The notes under the pieces are model-generated. The model did not search any database. It was not told the DNA's origin and saw nothing but the letters and a program-made list of their open reading frames with translations. From Candidatus Krumholzibacteriia bacterium (GTDB lineage: Bacteria; Krumholzibacteriota; Krumholzibacteriia; WVZY01), in assembly GCA_046754105.1 (NCBI GenBank), contig JBHHVD010000017.1, forward strand, positions 1 through 41,421: DNA of 41,421 nt, written 5' to 3'. Shown piece after piece: positions 37,538-41,421 of the stretch. Each line of letters starts with the position of its first letter. Within the stretch, counting starts at the first letter, position 1. A program made the position numbers and the translations under genes.

Positions 37538-37693
37538 CTCCAGGTGCTCGTTTCGAGTGAAAAGGGAAGAGGGTGCAAATCCCTCGCGGACCCGCCACTG
37601 TGATTGGCGAGTCTGCCGTCCGCAACCACCGGTAAGGAAGCCGGGAAGGGGACGGCAGACGACCGAGCCATCAGTCAGGAGACCTGCCTGGAG
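37538..37693 (+). ncRNA. Cobalamin riboswitch (class I/AdoCbl-like, with extension)
   Basis: CTCCAGGT...AAAAGGGAAGAGGGTGCAAATCCCTC, CCGCCACTGTG, GTCTGCCGTCC/GGACGGCAGAC stem with GGGAAG, and B12 box AGTCAGGAGACCTGCCTGGAG closing with the 5' end. Confidence 0.93.
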
Positions 37694-37785
37694 CAACCAT
37701 TGCCTGGACCTCTTCGAGGAGTAAGAGGGAGGGTTTTTTGGTTTCTCTCCTCAAATACTCAGTGGCTGCGATTCGGAGCCGGGGC

Positions 37786-39852
37786 ATGCGTGCACTGGTT
37801 GCCGTTGTGGCGATGGTCACCACCACCTGGACCCTCGCTGTGGGCGACGGGGGTGCGGGCGCGGGGGCCACGGCGACCGCACCCCGAGACACGGTGTATG
37901 CCGCGCCGGAAATCGTCGTCGAGGCGCCGCGTATCGCGCCGGCGATCGACGACGTGTTCCGGCGGCCGGGGTTTGTCGCTGTACTGGACGTCAGCGAGCG
38001 AGAGGATCGCGTCGAGGATATGGCGACGATGCTGTCGCGCATGATCGGCATTCGCGTGCGGCAGTACGGCGGGCTGGGGAGTTTTGCGACGGTCTCGATC
38101 CGGGGGTCGTCCGCCAACCAGGTGGAGGTCTTCCTGGACGGCGTGCCGCTGAACGACGCTTACCTCGGGGTGACCAATCTCGGCGATCTGCCGCTCGGCG
38201 GCATCTCGCGCATCGAGGTTTTTCGGGGGTTCTCGCCGCCGCACCTGGGTGCGTCGGCGGTGGGTGGTGCCGTCAACCTCGTTACGACCGACGATGCGAA
38301 ATGGGCGAGCGAGTCGCTGCTTTCCCGGGTAGAGGCGCGCGAATCCTACGGGTCTTTCGGGACCGAACGCCACGTGTTGTCACTGTGGTCGAGACACCGT
38401 GAGTTGAAGTTGTTCCTCCACGGCAACTACGTAAAGAGCCGGGGTGATTTCGAGTTCGTCGACGATCAGACCACACCGCTGAACCCCGATGACGACGAAA
38501 CGGTGACGCGGCAGAATAACGGCTTCCATTCGTGGGATTTCCTGGGCCGAATGCAGGCGACGGTTCCGCGAGTGGGCAAGCTGATACTCAGCCAATCCGC
38601 GCTGGTCCGGGAACAGGGTGTTCCCGGGGTGGGGTCTTTCCAGTCGCAGACGGCGAATTCACAAAGAAGCCGCTACATTACGAATGTCCAGCTCGCCACG
38701 CCGTCGCTGTCCAGGCGACACGTCAGGGTGTTCACCTCGGGATTCTACTCGACCACCCGCGAGAGGTTTCACGACCCCGACGCAGAGGTCTCGTTCCTTC
38801 CACAGGAAACCGACAACACGTTTCGCAGCTTCGGCGGCGGGGGGCGTGTCAGACTCGACGCTCCCCTGGTGCCCGCCTCGCTGGAAGTGTTTCACCAGTC
38901 GACTCGAGAGCGATTCCGGCCAGGGTCACAGATCCCGTCCCCGACCGAAGGTCCGGATCGCAACCGCACGACCCACACCACCGCGGTTTCGACGGACGTG
39001 TTCGTGCACCCGCTGGGCCTTGTCCTCACGGCGTCCGCGCGCTACGAGAGTCAAACCACGGAATTCTACGACCCGCCGCTTTTCCCGTGGCTGCCGCCCA
39101 CGCCGCAAGGCCGGGTCACGCGCAGCGAGCACTCGCCGCGCTACGGGCTCCGCTGGCTGGCCACGCCGAATCTCACCGTCAAGGCGAACTGGGGCCGGTA
39201 CTTCCGGCGTCCGACTATCCTCGAGTTGTTCGGGAACACGGGTTCCGTCACCGGCAGCGCCGGCCTCGAGCCGGAAGTGGGCTTGAATCGCGACGCGGGG
39301 TTCGTCCTGTCCCTGGAGAAACCTTGGTGGCTGGAGCGGCTGTTTCTGGAAACGGTTTACGTCGACAACCGGGTCGACAACCTCATCCTTTTTTTCCCAA
39401 ATTCACAGCTCACCTCGAGGCCGGAGAACATCAGTGCTTCTCGCACACGCGGTTGGGAGTTTTCCTTTTCCGCGCTCATTGACCGGTTCCACGTCGCAGG
39501 CAATTACACGCGGATGGACAGCGAGGACACGGGGCCCATTCCGTTTTACCGGGGAAACGAGCTGCCGGGACGTCCCGCCAACGAGTCCGCCCTGTTTGTG
39601 GATTATGCGGCAGGCCGCTGGAAGCTGTCCTACGAGCTGCACCGCATCGGGAAGAATTTTCTGGATCCGGCCAACCGTCAGACCGTGCCCGCGCGTGAGA
39701 TCCACAACGCCGCCATGCGCCTGAGCCCGTTGGGCGGCGCCCTATCACTAACCGTCGAGGGCCGCAACCTCGCCGACCGCCGAATCGGCGACGTCAACGG
39801 ATTCCCGCTGCCCGGCAGGAGCTTCTTTGCGACCTTGACCTACAAACCTTGA
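37786..39852 (+). CDS. TonB-dependent receptor, probable cobalamin transporter (BtuB-like)
   Basis: TonB box EIVVEA, plug YGGLGSFATVSIRGSSANQVEVFLDGVPLN, IEVFRG, RPTILELFG, LEPE and PLPGRSF motifs. Lies directly under a B12 riboswitch. Confidence 0.9.
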   Translation: MRALVAVVAMVTTTWTLAVGDGGAGAGATATAPRDTVYAAPEIVVEAPRIAPAIDDVFRRPGFVAVLDVSEREDRVEDMATMLSRMIGIRVRQYGGLGSFATVSIRGSSANQVEVFLDGVPLNDAYLGVTNLGDLPLGGISRIEVFRGFSPPHLGASAVGGAVNLVTTDDAKWASESLLSRVEARESYGSFGTERHVLSLWSRHRELKLFLHGNYVKSRGDFEFVDDQTTPLNPDDDETVTRQNNGFHSWDFLGRMQATVPRVGKLILSQSALVREQGVPGVGSFQSQTANSQRSRYITNVQLATPSLSRRHVRVFTSGFYSTTRERFHDPDAEVSFLPQETDNTFRSFGGGGRVRLDAPLVPASLEVFHQSTRERFRPGSQIPSPTEGPDRNRTTHTTAVSTDVFVHPLGLVLTASARYESQTTEFYDPPLFPWLPPTPQGRVTRSEHSPRYGLRWLATPNLTVKANWGRYFRRPTILELFGNTGSVTGSAGLEPEVGLNRDAGFVLSLEKPWWLERLFLETVYVDNRVDNLILFFPNSQLTSRPENISASRTRGWEFSFSALIDRFHVAGNYTRMDSEDTGPIPFYRGNELPGRPANESALFVDYAAGRWKLSYELHRIGKNFLDPANRQTVPAREIHNAAMRLSPLGGALSLTVEGRNLADRRIGDVNGFPLPGRSFFATLTYKP

Positions 39853-39864
39853 AGGAGAGGCGTC

Positions 39865-41280
39865 ATGACAAACACAGTGAGGTTCCTGACGACAGCACTG
39901 CTGGCGGCGATCGCAGTGACCGGCGTGGCGATGGGCACGACAGCGGCGGAGTTCGCATTTGTTACCACCACGGATTTTATTACAGGATCGTCATCAAGGC
40001 TCCTCGCCGACGGCGCGCACACGACCACGAAGGATGTTGCCATGCTCCACAGCGACGCGGTGTGCCGGTATTTCGACGGGTTCCTCTACGTCGTCAATCG
40101 CTTCGGCGGCGATAACATCCAGATACTCGATCCTTCCAATGGATTCGCCACCGTGCGCCAGATCTCGGTCGGCAACGGCTCGGACCCGCACGACGTCTGG
40201 GTGGTGGGTCCCAACAAGGCCTACGTACCGCGTTACAACGAGACCGGGTTGTGGATCGTAGACCCCTCGACGGGCGCGCATACCGGCACCATCGATATGT
40301 CGGGCCTGGCCGACGCGGACGGGATCCCGGAGATGGATCAACTGGCGCGGGTGGGGGACCGGGTCTTTGTGACGATTCAGCGTCTGGACCGCAACGCGTT
40401 CTTCACGCCAGTGGGTACGAGCTTCGTGGCGGTCATCGACGCGACCGCCGACACCCTGGTCGACGTCGACGGTTCGGCGCCCGGCGCGCAGTCGATCCTT
40501 CTCTCCGGAACCGATCCCTTCTCATCCATCCAACTCGATCCGTACACGGGACGGCTCTACGTCTCGTCGGTCGGGTTCTTCGGCGTGCAGGATTTCGGTG
40601 CAGAATGGATAGATCCCGTCACGTTCGCGTCGGAGGGTGTTTTCTTCAGCGAATCCGCCGCGGGCGGTGATATCAACGACGTGGAGATCGTTGCGCCCGA
40701 CAAGGGATTTGCCATTATCAGCGACGCGTCCTTCAATAACGTGCTCATCGCGTTCAACCCGCAAACCGGCGCCAACCTGGGCACGGTCTACGCACCCGGG
40801 GCATTTGTCTTGAACGATATCGAACTGTCCCCGGGCGGCGAGCTGTTTCTCGCCGACCGCACGCCGACGCTGCCCGGCATCCGCTGTTACGACCCCACAA
40901 CCAACCTGGAACTCACGGCAAACCCCATCGACGTGGGTCTGCCGCCCTTCGACATTTGCTTCAGCGTGCCGGTGCAGACCGGCATTGGGGAGCCCCCGCG
41001 CGTCGCCGCGGTGCTGGGTCAGAACTATCCCAATCCGTTCAACCCGGTCACCTCGATCCCGTACTCCGTGGAGCGGGCCGGCCACGTGCGGGCCGGTGTC
41101 TACGACGCCCGCGGCAGGCTGGTGCGAGTGCTGGTGGATGAAGTGCTCATCGCGGGTCAGTATCAAACGACGTGGAACGGCGTCGATACCGCATCGAGGG
41201 CGGTGCCGTCCGGGGTGTACTTCGTGCGGCTCGAGGTAAGCGGGCGCGCCTATGCGCGCAAGTTGGTTCTCCTGAAGTGA
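39865..41280 (+). CDS. YncE/BtuG-like beta-propeller protein with T9SS type A/FlgD-like C-terminal sorting domain
   Basis: SPI-type signal without lipobox, blade motifs LYVVNR, KAYV, LWIVDP, RVFV, VAVIDA and RLYV. CTD 41011-41280: LGQNYPNPFNP...PSGVYFVRL...RKLVLLK. GAAGGAGAGG SD. Confidence 0.82.
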   Translation: MTNTVRFLTTALLAAIAVTGVAMGTTAAEFAFVTTTDFITGSSSRLLADGAHTTTKDVAMLHSDAVCRYFDGFLYVVNRFGGDNIQILDPSNGFATVRQISVGNGSDPHDVWVVGPNKAYVPRYNETGLWIVDPSTGAHTGTIDMSGLADADGIPEMDQLARVGDRVFVTIQRLDRNAFFTPVGTSFVAVIDATADTLVDVDGSAPGAQSILLSGTDPFSSIQLDPYTGRLYVSSVGFFGVQDFGAEWIDPVTFASEGVFFSESAAGGDINDVEIVAPDKGFAIISDASFNNVLIAFNPQTGANLGTVYAPGAFVLNDIELSPGGELFLADRTPTLPGIRCYDPTTNLELTANPIDVGLPPFDICFSVPVQTGIGEPPRVAAVLGQNYPNPFNPVTSIPYSVERAGHVRAGVYDARGRLVRVLVDEVLIAGQYQTTWNGVDTASRAVPSGVYFVRLEVSGRAYARKLVLLK

Positions 41281-41366
41281 TATGGAAACGGCTGGTGTCA
41301 ACCTCCCGTCGGCCGGAGTTCCCCCGTTTCTTTGTGGTCCCAGCGCGCCGGAGAGTGGGGTTGTGG

Positions 41367-41400
41367 AATTGGGGCCGGCTTGTGACAACCGGCCCCAATT
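41367..41400. terminator. Strong inverted repeat, likely terminator after the B12 operon
   Basis: AATTGGGGCCGG-CTTGTGACAA-CCGGCCCCAATT, a perfect 12-bp stem. The U-tract is weak. Confidence 0.6.
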
Positions 41401-41421
41401 TCCGGGTCCTGCGACCAGTCG

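Overview
GC-rich bacterial chromosomal segment with almost all genes on the + strand. Two proteins carry 'QNYPNPFNP...SGxYF...KxxLLK' C-terminal sorting domains and the S16 is long, which suggests an FCB-superphylum lineage such as Krumholzibacteriota/Latescibacterota/Eisenbacteria (inference, not verified). Layout: (1) surface-glycan genes: GT2 divergent from asnB-like amidotransferase plus a sulfatase-like gene; (2) housekeeping block tgt-yajC-def-fmt-PASTA-rpe and ffh-rpsP-khpA-rimM-trmD-rplS-rnhB-yraN; (3) secreted proteins, an amidohydrolase, lat and an FmdB-type Zn ribbon; (4) orphan sugar-type ABC ATPase, methyltransferase, tonB-exbB-exbD, lipoprotein, outer-membrane barrel, TPR protein, mnmA and a zincin; (5) an accessory end with a truncated large secreted protein, a type IV pilin-like protein carrying an (KDDDD)x8 acidic insert, three tRNAs (Ser-TGA, Ser-GCT, Arg-ACG), an SdrD-B lipoprotein, a DUF3179-like protein whose in-frame TGA probably encodes selenocysteine, and a cobalamin riboswitch ahead of a TonB-dependent receptor and a BtuG-like beta-propeller. 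The propeller has no lipid anchor and instead ends in a type IX-like sorting domain. The best candidates for new biology are this possibly secreted B12-scavenging protein, the exported selenoprotein and the poly-Asp pilin. All family assignments come from motif recognition by eye, with no database searches.
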